A DNA stretch of 64,000 nt from NCBI RefSeq assembly GCF_963921235.1, contig NC_086118.1, positions 20,586,001-20,650,000 on the forward strand, in the 5' to 3' direction. Of this stretch, positions 24,530 through 36,895 are shown piece by piece; position 1 is the stretch's first letter; every line of letters starts with the position of its first letter. This DNA comes from Mobula hypostoma. Lineage: Eukaryota. Position numbers and translations under genes: made by a program. A model generated the notes under the pieces. That model saw only the letters and a program-made list of their open reading frames with translations. It had not been told where the DNA came from and did no database searches.

Positions 24530-27500
24530 CACAAGACTATAAGACACAGGAGCAGAGTTAGGTCATTCAGTCCATCAAATCTGCTCCGCTATGCCATCAT
24601 GGCCGATTAATTATCCCTCTCAAGCCCATTCTCCTGCCTTCTCCCTGTAATCTGTAATGCCCTGATGAATCAAAAATCTGGCAACCTCCTACCCAATGAC
24701 TTGGCCTGCACAGCCATGTGTGGCAATAAAGTCCACAGATTCACCAGCCTCTGGCTAAAGAATTCCTCATCATCTGTTCTCTAGTGACAACCTTGTATTT
24801 CTTCCAGGCTCACCTAGTCCACTCTATAAGGCTTTTCAATAATCAACAGGTTTCAATGAGATCTCCCTTCAATCTTCTAAACTCCAGCAAGTACAGGCCC
24901 ACAGCTATCAAATGCTTCTCATACTTTAACCCTTTCATTCCTGGGATCATTCTTGCGAACCTCCTCTGGACCCTCTCCAATGCCAACATATCTTTTTTTT
25001 AGATAAGGGGCCCCGAACTGCTCACAACACTCCAAATGTGGTCTGACCAATGTTTTGTAATCCTGAGGCTTTATATCTTGCATCGTATTCTAGTCCTCTT
25101 GAAATAATTACTAACATTGCATTTGCTTTGCTTACCACTGACTCAACGTACAAATTAACATTTAGGGAATCCTGCACGTGGACTCCTAAGTCCCTCTGAA
25201 CCTCTGATTTTTGAATTTTCTCCCCATTTAGAGAATTTTGCATATCTTTATTCCTTCTGCCAAAGTACATGACTATACACTTCCCTGTATATTCCACCTG
25301 TCCAAGTCCTTCTGCGGACACGCTGCTCCCTCAACACTACCTGCCCCTACACCTATCTTTGTATAATTTGCAAACTTGACCACCAAGCCATTAATTCCTT
25401 CATCCAAATCATTGACATACAACGTGAAGTGGTCCCAACACCAACCCCTGCGGCCCACCACTAGTCATTGGCAGCCAATCAGAAAAGGCCCCCTTCATTC
25501 CCATTCTTTGCCTCCAGCCAGTCAGCTAATCTTCTATCCATTCCAGAATCATTCCTATATGGGCTCTCATCTTTTTAAGCAGCCTCACTTACGGCACCTT
25601 GTCAAAGGCCTTCTGAAAATCCATATAAACATCTACATACTGTACTCTTATTTGTCTATCCTGCCTGTTATTTCCTCAAAGAATTCAAACAGATTTGTTA
25701 GGCAAGGTTTCCCCTTTTTAAAAAAAATCATGCTGACTTTGGTCTATTTTATCAGGTGCCTCCAAGTACCCCAAGACATTCTTAATAATGGACTCCAACA
25801 TTTCCCAACCACTGAAGTCAGGCTAACTGGCCTATAATTTCCTTTCTTCTGCCTTCGTCCCTTAAAGAGTGGAGTGACATGTGCAATTTTCCATTCCTCT
25901 TGGGGATGTACACTTCCTGTGCCATCTGAATTTCCCGCATAAATACCAGCCAATGCTGTTCTGCCATCATCCCTGCCAGTGTCCCCTTCCAGTCTACTTA
26001 GGCCAGCCCCTCTAGAATTCCTTTACACCACTATAATACATTCGATTTAATCTTCTTCTCCTTCACAAACCACAGGCCAAATCCTTTAATATTATGATCG
26101 CTGCCTCCAAAGGGTTTCTTTAACTTAAGCTTCCTAACCAAATCTGGGTCATATACATAACACCCAATCCAGAATTGCCATTCCCCCAGTAGGCCCAACC
26201 AAAAGCTGTTTTAAAAAGCCATCTCATTGTCATTCTAAAAATTCTCTTGGGATCCAGCACCAACCAGATTTTCCTCAATGTATCTTCATATAGAAATCCC
26301 CCGTGATTATTGCAACATTGCCTTTTTTACATCCTTTCCATTTCCCACTGTAATTTGTACCCCACATCCTGGCTACCATTAAGGCGGGTATGTAACTGCC
26401 ATAGGAACTTTTTTCCATTGTAGTTTCTTAATTCTATCTACAAACGTACAAGGATTCTACATCCCTTCTCAGGATACAATTTCATTTATTTTTCAACCAG
26501 CAGAGCCACCCCACCCTATTACCCATCCTTTCGATACGATGTGTATCCTTGGATGTTAAACTCCCAACTATGGATTTCTTTCAGCCTCAGATGACCACAG
26601 CATCATATGTCAACCTCCAACTGCACCACAAGATCATCTACCTCATTCTGTATACTGTGTGCAGTCAAATATAACACTTTCAGTCCTGTACTCATTACCA
26701 CTTTTGCTTTTGGCACCGTTACACTAACTTGTCCCACTGACTGCAATTTTGTCCTATCATTTGCCTGTCTTTCCTCAGTCTCATGACATGGTGCATCTAA
26801 TTGTACACCAACTGCTCCATCCTCAGCTCTATCACTCCGTTTCCCATCCCCCTGCCAAATTAGTTAGTTTAAAACCTCCAGAACAGCTCTCGCAAACCTG
26901 ATCCCAAGGATATTGGTTCACCTCTGGTTCAGGTATAACCTTTGCTTTTTGTACAGGTCATACCTTCCCCAGAAGAAATCCCAATGACCTAGAGACCTGA
27001 GACCCTCACTAGCACATGACACAATCCGGAGATTATTACCCAGGAGGATTTGCTTTTTAGCTTACTGCCTAGCTCTCTATATTCAGGACCTCCTTCCTTT
27101 TTCCTACCCATGTCATCAGTGCCAATATGTACCACGACTTCTGGCTGCTCACCCTCCCCCTTTAGAATGCCATAGGGCCAAGCTAAGACATCCAGATACT
27201 GGCACCTGAGAGGCAACATTCGCTGGGCTTTAGTGAGAAAGCATAGTTTCTTGTAATTTTATTTTCTCTTTTACTATTAGTACATAGCTAGTGTGGTGAG
27301 AATGGGTGCAGAGTTAGAGGTAGATTCATTCTTTGTGTGAGATTTGGCAATTTTGGGGGACCAGCTGCACCCCCCCCCCCACAAAAGAATGAGGAGATGA
27401 TAGGAGCTGCAGGGAGGTAGTCACCTCTAAGTTGCAGGCAGAAGCTACTTGGGAGCCTGTCAAGAGAGGAAAAGGGAACAGGCAGCCAGTACAGAGTAGC

Positions 27501-28160
27501 CCTATGGCCATTCCCAACTATGGAATCCCCCATCACTATTGCACTCCCCTTTCCCCACTTTCCTTCTGAGCCATGGAGTCAGACTTCAGGGCTGGCGACC
27601 AGGTCACGGAGTCTTCCACTGGTTAATCAACCTCACTAACAGAATCCAAAGCAGTATATTTATTATTGAGGGGAATGGCCACGGGGTACTCTGTACCGAC
27701 TGCCTGTTCCCTTTCCCTCTCTTGCCAGGCCCCCAAGTACCTTCTGGTTGCAACTTAGAGGTGACAACCTCCCTGTATCTCCGATCATCTTATTCTTTCG
27801 TGGGGGGGGGCACAGCAGGTCCCCCAAAATTGCCAAATCACACAAAGAATCTACCTCTAACTCTGCACCCATTCTCGCCACACTGGCTATGTACTAATAG
27901 AAAAAGAGTATAAACTTACAGGAAACTCTGCTTACCCAAGCATAGTTCTTACTATGTAATCAAAGGCTGATCATTCTAACACTGCCCTCTCCATTCGCAC
28001 CTCACTTCTTGTATTAAAAACAAATTGGCCTTTAGCAAGTGCTTAAGAGAATAGGATTGCAGTTCACCAAAAAGCTCCAGAAGGCCCTGAGCTCTTTTTA
28101 AACCTTACACCCCTTCAGCCAATCAAGCGGCTGCTCTTGATGATTGCAGCCCACCAAAAA
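24530..28160 (-). mobile_element. Decayed CR1 LINE with ORF1 esterase, endonuclease and RT remnants and 3' tail
   Basis: ORFs 26989..27219 (QPEVVVHIGT), 25744..25953 (GNYRPVSLTSVVGK), 25273..25461, 25022..25321; tail caagactataagac at 24531. Confidence 0.85.
27239..27933. repeat. Inverted duplication (~270-bp arms 27239-27515 and 27671-27933) of CR1 5'/ORF1 sequence
   Basis: ORFs 27326..27517(-) and 27539..27913(+) give near-identical peptides (LCT.CLFPFPLL.G.QV.S.CNLEVTTSL); poly-C and poly-G tracts mirror each other. Confidence 0.85.
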
Positions 28161-29222
28161 GCAGAAAATCACTATGAAGGGAAGGATGTTTTTTCTCTTA
28201 TATACACCAGATATTCTAAAGCTTTCTCCTCACTGAATTAAAGAAAATTATAGCACTGAAGATAGCTACTTAGCCAAAAGTGGTTACTCCCATGTGCATC
28301 ATCCGGTTACTAGATTTCATACACTCAAGGTATTGTGTGTGTATTGATGACCGTTTCTTTCTCCATCACTTTTCAGACTGAGTTGCAGACAAAAAACCTC
28401 TCCGCAGTTGAAAAACAAACAACTCAAATCTCCTCTAATCCTATTACCAATTTACCATGGCTCATGGACTTTTCAGTTGAGACAAGTTTTTGTTTTAAAT
28501 TTTAACTACACTTCTTTTAACTTTGGACATTTCAGTTAAATTGAGTGAAAAAATGACAGATCTTTCATTTTTATTTGATAGTCAGATAGGGAATTCATTA
28601 TGACATCCCTTTCACAAGTTTATTACAAGAGGAAAGCTGTGAGCAACAGATACAGATCATCCCAGATAATGAGCAGGTTCCAATTTTATAGTTGCATTTA
28701 CAGTAGATCAATTTCATCCAAATTAAGGCAGAAAACAAAAAAAATCACTCAAAATGGTAACCATGTGTCCACTGTATTATAATGCATAGAATCAAAGCAC
28801 AGCAGACTGATAAGAACAATTACTAAAAGTAGAACAGCAAATTAGTTTTGCTATTTGTAGAAATGAAAATACAGAAGTACATCTATGGGACCTCATTCTT
28901 ATGTACAGGTTTCTGTAAGCCCGGCATTCTTGATCTATAAAAAGGCCTTCAACACAGTTGGCCAGAACAGTAACTATTTAAGTTAGCTGGGCACAAATTA
29001 TTTTCATTTCAATTTATTCAGTTTTTGAGAACAATGACCAGCATTTATTATCCATCTCTAACTGTCCAGCAGAAGGCATTAATGAGTTGCCTTCTTCAGT
29101 CAATGCAATCCTTCCAGTGAATGAACTTCCATAGTGGTGATGGCTGGAGAGTTCCAGGATTTGGATCCAAAGACAAGAACTTAACAGTTTTACATTTACA
29201 AATGAGAATGGAGTGTGACTTA

Positions 29223-29665
29223 GTTCAAAAGTTCAAAGGTCCAATTTAATATCAGAAAAATGTATACAATATACATCCGGAAATGCTTTTTCTTCGCAAA
29301 CATCCACGAAAACTGAGAAATGCCCCAAAGAATGAACGACAGATAAACGTAAGAATCCCCCGCTCCCCCCACTGGCAAAAGAAAAGTACTGGCACCATCA
29401 CCAAGCACTCAAGCGTGAGTAAAGACACAGACTTAGTTACCCCAAAGACTTCTCATTACACCCGGCATTTAACATACTACAGATTCTCTCTCTCTCTCCC
29501 CAAAAAGGGAGAAAAAGGTGTCTCCATTTTCCCAGTGAGCGGGGAGACATAACAATTCGCTGGTTTACAATGTTAAGAAGTCCGTTACGTCACTTTTTTC
29601 GAGCTCTGTGCCCAAAGATCCTGGGTCTTCAGGTCCACAGCAGATATCCTGACTCCCCCGACAAC
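29223..29665 (-). repeat. Second copy of the unclassified retroposon at 6125-6493
   Basis: gttcaaaagttcaaagg tail; aatgtatacaatatacatcc.gaaatgc; gtcacttttttcgagctctgtgcccaaagatc. Confidence 0.7.
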
Positions 29666-30950
29666 AGTCAGGGAACCTATAGATTCTTGTCCAAGCGGCA
29701 AAGCATTCTGAATAAAGGAGCTTTGGATGATGTCATCTTCGTAACTGAGCTCTTAAGAGTTGATAACAATGCTAAAGTTTTAGTGGCAAGTTTAATCTTG
29801 TGCCTGAGTAACAACACATTGCTGGCACCAAACACAGAAATACATGCTTATCAGGTTTCTGTCAATGGCATTTTTTAAATATAGGAATTAAAAACTAGTG
29901 ATGTACTAGAAGTTGATGGAAAACACTGAACAATTTTAACATTTTGGAAAAATGTTTTGAAGCACTTGACACCACCGGATCATTTTTAGAGAAAATCAGG
30001 TTACAGCCTAAGCAGACTATGTTTAAAGTTTGCAGGCTTTGCAGACAGGGCAATAAGACTCACATGCCTCAAGATTGTCTACTGAAGGGGGTAATAGTCG
30101 ACCATCTCAAGAAATGCCCACATAGAGGGGAAGGCCAAAGTTTATAGCACCAAAATCAAGCAAAACCATAAAGGAATTCAGGATTCTATTTGGAGAACCC
30201 TACCCAAAACTACTCAATTTGGAAAAACCAGGTCATATCTGGTGCAATGATTGTCCAGCCACCAAAAATGGTAAGCCAAAAAGCAGGGTATGCTCCAACC
30301 TGCATCTGTGATTGGATCTGAAGCCACAGTAGGAATGCTTGTTGCTCGTGAGAAACAGATTTTACCTTACTGAAAGGTCTAAAGATTTAATCATAATTTA
30401 GGTCACAAATAAAAAGACTAAGACTTGATTTTTGAAATCCAAACTATTGTTCATTGCTAAAGTAATATCTTGTACTTTTTAAAGTTTGTTTAATATCTAT
30501 ACAAAATAGACAGTGTATGCTTTAACATTAAATTTATAGCTTTATAAAGGGAATTGGGAATAAATATTTTTAATACCTTTAAATCTGAAAGTTAAGTGCT
30601 ATTGCTGACTCATGCTTGTCAGGTGTGTTAAAATAAATGAATCTTAGTATCTAAGAGAACTATAGGGAATGTGATAAACATGTACCTTTTGTGTCTGGCA
30701 AGAACAGTAATCATAAACAAAGCATTGCTATACAAGCAGGACAGATACAACAGTAAATGAGTAACAAGACTCCAGAATGCAGAATTGATAAAATTATAAA
30801 ATGCTTTAAAGAAAGTGTAATATGATTAAGTACAGTTAAAATGATTTTAAGAGGAGGAAATCATATTTAACAAATATAGTCATCTTTTTTCATCAGATGA
30901 AACTAACAGGATATATAACGGGAAACCCATACTGATAAAATGTCTGATTT

Positions 30951-33346
30951 TAGAAACATAGAAAATAGGTGCAGTAGGCCATTCGGCCCTGCACCACCAT
31001 TTATTATGATCATGGCTGATCATCCAACTCAGAACCCCGCCCCAGCCTTCCCTCCATACCCCCTGATCCCCGTAGCCACAAGGGCCATATCTAACTCCCT
31101 CTTAAATATAGCCAATGAACTGGCCTCAACTGCTTCCTGTGGCACAGAATTCCACAGATTCACCACTCTCTGTGTGAAGAAGTTTTTCCTAATCTCGGTC
31201 CTAAAAGGCTTCCCCTTTATCCTCAAACTGTGACCCCTTGTTCTGGACTTCCCCAACATCGGGAACAATCTTCCTGCATCTAGCCTGTCCAATCCCTTTA
31301 GGATTTTATACGTTTCAATCAGATCCCCCCTCAATCTTCTAAATTCCAACGAGTACAAGCCCAGTTCATCCAGTCTTTCTTCATATGAAAGTCCTGCCAT
31401 CCCAGGAATCAATCTGGTGAACCTTCTTTGTACTCCCTCTATGGCAAGAATGTCTTTCCTCAGATTAGGGGACCAAAACTGCACACAATACTCCAGGTGT
31501 GGTCTCACCAAGGCCTTGTACAACTGCAGTAGTACCTCCCTGCTCCTGTACTCGAATCCTCTCGCTATAAATGCCAGCATACCATTCGCCTTTTTCACCG
31601 CCTGCTGTACCTGCATGCCCACTTTCAATGACTGGTGTATAATGACACCCAGGTTTCGTTGCACCTCCCCTTTTCCTAATCGACCACCATTCAGATAATA
31701 ATCTGTTTTCCTATTTTTGCCACCAAAGTGGATAACTTCACATTTATTCACATTAAATTGCATCTGCCATGAATTTGCCCACTCACCTAACCTAGCCAAG
31801 TCACTCTGCTTCCTCTTAGCATCCTCCTCACAGCTAACACTGCCACCCAGCTTCGTGTCATCCGCAAACTTGGAGATGCTGCATTTAATTCCCTCATCCA
31901 AGTCATTAATATATATTGTAAACAACTGGGGTCCCAGCACTGAGCCTTGCGGTACCCCACTAGTCACCGCCTGCCATTCTGAAAAGGTCCCGATTATTCC
32001 CACTCTTTGCTTCCTGTCTGCTAACCAATTCTCCATCCACATCAATACCTTACCCCCAATACCGTGTGCTTTAAGTTTGCACACTAATCTCCTGTGTGGG
32101 ACCTTGTCAAAAGCCTTTTGAAAATCCAAATATACCACATCCACTGGTTCTCCCCTATCCACTCTACTAGTTACATCCTCAAAAAATTCTATGAGATTCG
32201 TCAGACATGATTTTCCTTTCACAAATCCATGCTGACTTTGTCCGATGATTTCACCGCTTTCCAAATGACCTGTTATCACATCTTTGATAACTGACTCCAG
32301 CAGTTTCCCCACCACCGACGTTAGGCTAACTGGTCTATAATTCCCCGGTTTCTCTCTCCCTCCTTTTTTAAAAAGTGGGGTTACATTAGCCACCCTCCAA
32401 TCCTCAGGAACTAGTCCAGAATCTAACGAGTTTTGAAAAATTATCACTAATGCATCCACTATTTCTTGGGCTACTTCCTTAAGCACTCTAGGATGCAGAC
32501 CATCTGGCCCTGGGGATTTATCTGCCTTCAATCCCTTCAATTTACCTAACACCACTTCCCTACTAACGTGTGTTTCGCTCAGTTCCTCCATCTCACTGGA
32601 CCCTCTGTCCCCTACTATTTCTGGAAGATTATTTATGTCCTCCTTAGTGAAGACAGAACCAAAGTAATTATTCAATTGGTCTGCCATGTCCTTGCTCCCC
32701 ATAATCAATTCACCTGTTTCTGTCTGTAGGGGACCTACATTTGTCTTTACCAGTCTTTTCCTTTTTACACATCTATAAAAGCTTTTACAGTCCGTTTTTA
32801 TGTTCCCTGCCAGTTTTCTCTCATAATCTTTTTCCCCCTTCCTAATTAAGCCCTTTGTCCTCCTCTACTGAACTCTGAATTTCTCCCAGTCCTCAGGTGA
32901 GCCACTTTCTCTGGCTAATTTGTAGGCTTCTTCTTTGGAATTGATACTATCCCTAATTTCTCTTGTCAGCCACGGGTGCACTACCTTCCTTGATTTATTC
33001 TTTTGCCACACTGGGATGAACAATTGTTGTAGTTCATCCATGCAACCTTTAAATGCTTGCCATTGCATATCCACCGTCAATCCTTTAAGTGTCATTTGCC
33101 AGTCTATCTTAGCTAATTCACGTCTCATACCTTCAAAGTTACCCCTCTAAGTTCAGAACCTTTGTTTCTGAATTAACTATGTCACTCTCCATCTTAATGA
33201 AGAATTCCACCATATTATGGTCACTCTTACCCAAGGGGCCTCTCACGACAAGATTGCTAATTAACCCTTCCTCATTGCTCAAAACCCAGTCCAGAATAGC
33301 CTGCTCTCTAGTTGGTTCCTCGACATGTTGGTTCAAAAAACCATCC
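30951..33346 (-). mobile_element. Young 5'-truncated CR1 LINE with near-intact ORF2
   Basis: tagaaacatagaaa tail. ORFs 33139..33537 (part), 32865..33128 and 31029..32708 are separated by one frameshift (~33140) and one in-frame stop (32865-32867). Confidence 0.95.
31029..32708 (-). CDS. CR1 ORF2 reverse transcriptase (559-aa open segment)
   Basis: [52 protein letters not shown] motifs. Confidence 0.9.
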   Translation of the reverse strand: MIMGSKDMADQLNNYFGSVFTKEDINNLPEIVGDRGSSEMEELSETHVSREVVLGKLKGLKADKSPGPDGLHPRVLKEVAQEIVDALVIIFQNSLDSGLVPEDWRVANVTPLFKKGGREKPGNYRPVSLTSVVGKLLESVIKDVITGHLESGEIIGQSQHGFVKGKSCLTNLIEFFEDVTSRVDRGEPVDVVYLDFQKAFDKVPHRRLVCKLKAHGIGGKVLMWMENWLADRKQRVGIIGTFSEWQAVTSGVPQGSVLGPQLFTIYINDLDEGIKCSISKFADDTKLGGSVSCEEDAKRKQSDLARLGEWANSWQMQFNVNKCEVIHFGGKNRKTDYYLNGGRLGKGEVQRNLGVIIHQSLKVGMQVQQAVKKANGMLAFIARGFEYRSREVLLQLYKALVRPHLEYCVQFWSPNLRKDILAIEGVQRRFTRLIPGMAGLSYEERLDELGLYSLEFRRLRGDLIETYKILKGLDRLDAGRLFPMLGKSRTRGHSLRIKGKPFRTEIRKNFFTQRVVNLWNSVPQEAVEASSLAIFKRELDMALVATGIRGYGGKAGAGF

Positions 33347-33349
33347 AAA

Positions 33350-34085
33350 GGTATCACGCTTGTATCACACAGCACAAAACAAAATATTACTACAAATAAT
33401 TTAACAAAATATAGCTCAAAATGCATGTGAAATGGGCAGCACAGGTAAACAGTTCCCTGTCTAAGTGTCAAGAACTTGATGGTGGCAGGGTATTCATTAG
33501 TCTCACATCCTGAGGGAAGAAGCTGATACCCAATCAAGCAGTGCTAGTCTCTGATGCTCCTGTACCTCCTGACTGATATTAGTGGGTCAAAGAGATTATT
33601 GGTTGGTTGGCAGGGTTCCTCACCAATGCATCAGGCCCTTTGTCTGCAATGTTCCTAGCAAATTTCACAAAAGGTGGGGGGGGGGGGGGGAGAAGAGGGA
33701 GACCCTGGTGATCCTCTCAGCAGTTTTTAACCATTCTCTATCAGGATTTGTGATCCGATGCTTTGCAGCTTCCGTACCACACAATGATGCAGCCAGACAG
33801 GACATTCTCAATGGTGCTCCTGTAGAATGTTGTTGGAATGAGGGCAGGGAACTTTACATGCCTCTGTCTTCTCAGAAAGTGTAGATGCTGCTGTCCCTAC
33901 TTGACTAACGAGGAGATGATGTGCATCCAGGTCAAAACATCCATTATGTACATACCAAGGAACTTTCTGCTTTTTGCTCTCTCCACAGCAAAGCCACTGA
34001 TGTGCAATGAAGAGTGGCCAACCAGTGCCTTCCTGAAGTCCACAACCATCACTTTTTGTCTTGCCTACCTTGAAACTCAGGTCAG
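33350..34085 (-). mobile_element. Old Rex/L2-group LINE 3' fragment
   Basis: Degenerate VVDFRK and FYRSTIENVLSGCIIVWYG motifs on the minus strand. Confidence 0.6.
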
Positions 34086-35588
34086 AGATGCCATGCAGAA
34101 GATTGTTACAAATATTGACGACTCACAGGGTTGGAGACACTGTTTACAACTATTCTCAGCCAGAGGCAAGTTTACCAACAGTCTCGTATTATATAGGATA
34201 CCTGTATCTGAAAGGAACATTGCCTCTATTATGATCCACTTAGATACACTGTACCAATTTTCCTGTAAAAGCAAGAGAGATTATGTATGCCTTAGGACAG
34301 GAATCTCCAAGACATGCACAGCTCCTGGAAAGGAGCAAGCGGTGACATCCATCCCTGATTTTCCCAAACTCCTGTGCCAGGTGGTGACTACAGTCTACCC
34401 AAAACCATACCTAGGTTCTTAACAGCCCACCTGATACTGGGCTCAGGTGTCATATCAATGTTGGCTTTTTTTTTTTAAAAAAAGCACAGGATATAAGCAT
34501 GACAAGGTACAATATTTCTAGGTTCCATTTCCCCTTGTTTAATGGTATTGATCTGTTATATAAAAAGGTGGGAACCCCTGTTGTAGACAGTCGCTAGCCA
34601 TATTGATTGGCTCCATGTAAAATGAAGGAATGGTCGACTACACTGGATAGAACAAAGACAGAGTCCAATAACGTGCAGCTTTGACACTGAACTCGTGCTA
34701 CAGAACTCATCATATCACTGTACAAATTCTTCTGAATGGCTGCAACGCCCTACAGTACCTGAATATGAAGAAAATGATTTAAGTTTGTCCCATCTATAAA
34801 GAGCAGAAAAAATTCAATCCAGCTTCAACCTACTTTCAATCACTGCGAAGTGGTTATAGATGTCACTAATGAAGCATCAGTAACCTGCTCAAAGCTCTAA
34901 TTTGAGTTCTGAAGAACCATTCAGCACCATATACAACAGGGCAGCACTGTGATGAGTGAACTTGTTTAACTATTTCACTTTCCAAAGATGCTGGCTGACC
35001 TGAATATTTCCAGCTCTTTTTTTTTTTTGTTTTGTATGAGACTCTACAGTTCTGGTCCACACATGGACATAAGAGATAAATTCCAGAGGTGAGTTGAAAG
35101 GTACTAATGTGGCATCAATGATCCTGACTAACATCATATTAATGGGAATCAAGTCATAAAATCCTCAACTCACTCGAGTTACACAACTGAAAGGAAAATG
35201 GCTCCTAGTGTCTAATATCTTCAAGTGCTTTGCCTGTGACCATCCATCCAACATTAGGTCAGGGGTGAGGATGTAACCTGAGATTATGCAGAACTGAGCT
35301 GAACTTATCATTACTCAGTGAATTAAATACAGTCAGGGGTTCATGATAATGATGTTGAATAGATTAATAAATGGCAAGTATAACACACAATGAGTGATAG
35401 TCAATAAAAAATCTTGATGTTCAAAGCATTATTGCTACTATCCTCATGATAAACAACTAAGAACAAAATATTGAGAAAGTTTGCCTTTGCTTAAGATGCG
35501 CCACAAATAACAGGTAAAAATGTCAAGGGATCTGGAGAATAATATACAGCAAAGGATGAATACTTCCAGTATTGGAGGCAGTGACCAA

Positions 35589-35902
35589 TAAATAAGGCAT
35601 CCGTTAGTCTTGCGAGACTATGGATCTGCACCTGGAAAGTCTTCACTCTCCAGGGTGCAGGGCTGGGCAAGGTTGTATGGAAGACCGGCAGTTGCCCATG
35701 TTGCAAGTCTTCCCTCTCCACGACACCCATGTTGTCCAAGGGAAGGGCAAGGGCCGATACAGCTTGGCACTGGCATCATCGCAGAGCACTGTGTGGTTAA
35801 GTGCCTTGCTCAAGGACACAACACGCTGCCTCGGCTGGGGCTTGAACTCACGACCTTCAGATCGCTAGTCCAATGCCTTAACCACTTGGCCACGTGCCCA
35901 AA
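35589..35902 (-). mobile_element. tRNA-derived SINE (subtype B, RTE-like tail)
   Basis: Same head and core as 644-868; different tail ending CTCGCAAGACTAACGGATGCC(TTAT)n; 18-bp TSD attggaggcagtgaccaa at 35571-35588 and 35903-35920. Confidence 0.88.
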
Positions 35903-36292
35903 ATTGGAGGCAGTGACCAACACACCAAAATTCATGGTCACTGTTTTTCCACACTGCAAACTGCCTGGTAAATTAACACAACAGACTGCAGACGTTGTCA
36001 TATGGAACAGCAAATAACCTGCTGAAGGAATTCCTGTCCCGATGCAGGGTTTCAACATGAATTGTTAGTAATTCCTTTCTCACCACAGATAATGTTCAAC
36101 TCTGAGTTCCTCAGAGTTGTTCGTTGATTCAGATTTGTAAAGAGAATATTTATTATAGTCAACCACCAACAAACCTTGAGGAAACCAATTGTGGAAGCTA
36201 ACCAAAGATTCAGTGAAATAGGGTCTGGAAACACCAAGTCATTTTATTCATTTGGGCATACATGTACTGAAGAAAACAAATAGAATTACTAC

Positions 36293-36895
36293 TGTAATAC
36301 TCTGGTTCATGTTTTTACTGTTATTTCATTTAGCAGTTCTGTCAGAGCATTCTGTTCTGTTATCAGCCTGTCTGGGTTATTGTTGAAGATAACGGATGAT
36401 GAGGAATGTGTGCCATCCAATTAGAATGGTAGCATTAGGGAGAGGTTTTCCTGGTGAGGGACAGTAAGATTGGTCTTGGGTTCTTTTCCCCCCTGCTTCG
36501 GCAGCAGATGGAGAAAGAACGCTGGGTAGAACTGGTCGTAGGATACAACCCAGTGGTAGATCCGTTTGTTCGAGATGGAATGTGAGTGATGTTCAGAAGG
36601 TGGTGTGTGTTTTCACGCCAACTGAAGGCCCAGCACATGAGTGACAGTGAAGTTCAAGATGAGCTTCAACTTGTGCACGTTTGACTATTTAATTAAAATG
36701 GGCCCCTTTTCTTTTTTTTAAACTAACCCTTTAGTTATATTTATTTTGTGGCACTAATTTGTAACAGAGTAGCAAATTACACAGCATACACACAAACCAG
36801 CGTTGGGCGGGAGAGCCGTCTCAGTCTCAAGAGTTTGGTTAGACCGAAGAGCGTTTTCCCTAGACTTACACAGCCAAGGAAACCTGGAGGTTTCA
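36293..36895. mobile_element. Solo LTR with 4-bp TSD (Gypsy-like)
   Basis: TGTAAT...GTTTCA termini; TSD ctac at 36289-36292 and 36896-36899. Confidence 0.75.

Noticed and set aside
31417..33430. Plus-strand ORFs (31417, 31717, 32935, 33179; also 62220-62983)
   Set aside because: Antisense shadows of CR1 ORF2.
33838..34422. 194-aa ORF as a novel gene
   Set aside because: Its first part is antisense to a decayed Rex/L2 fragment; no recognisable domain.
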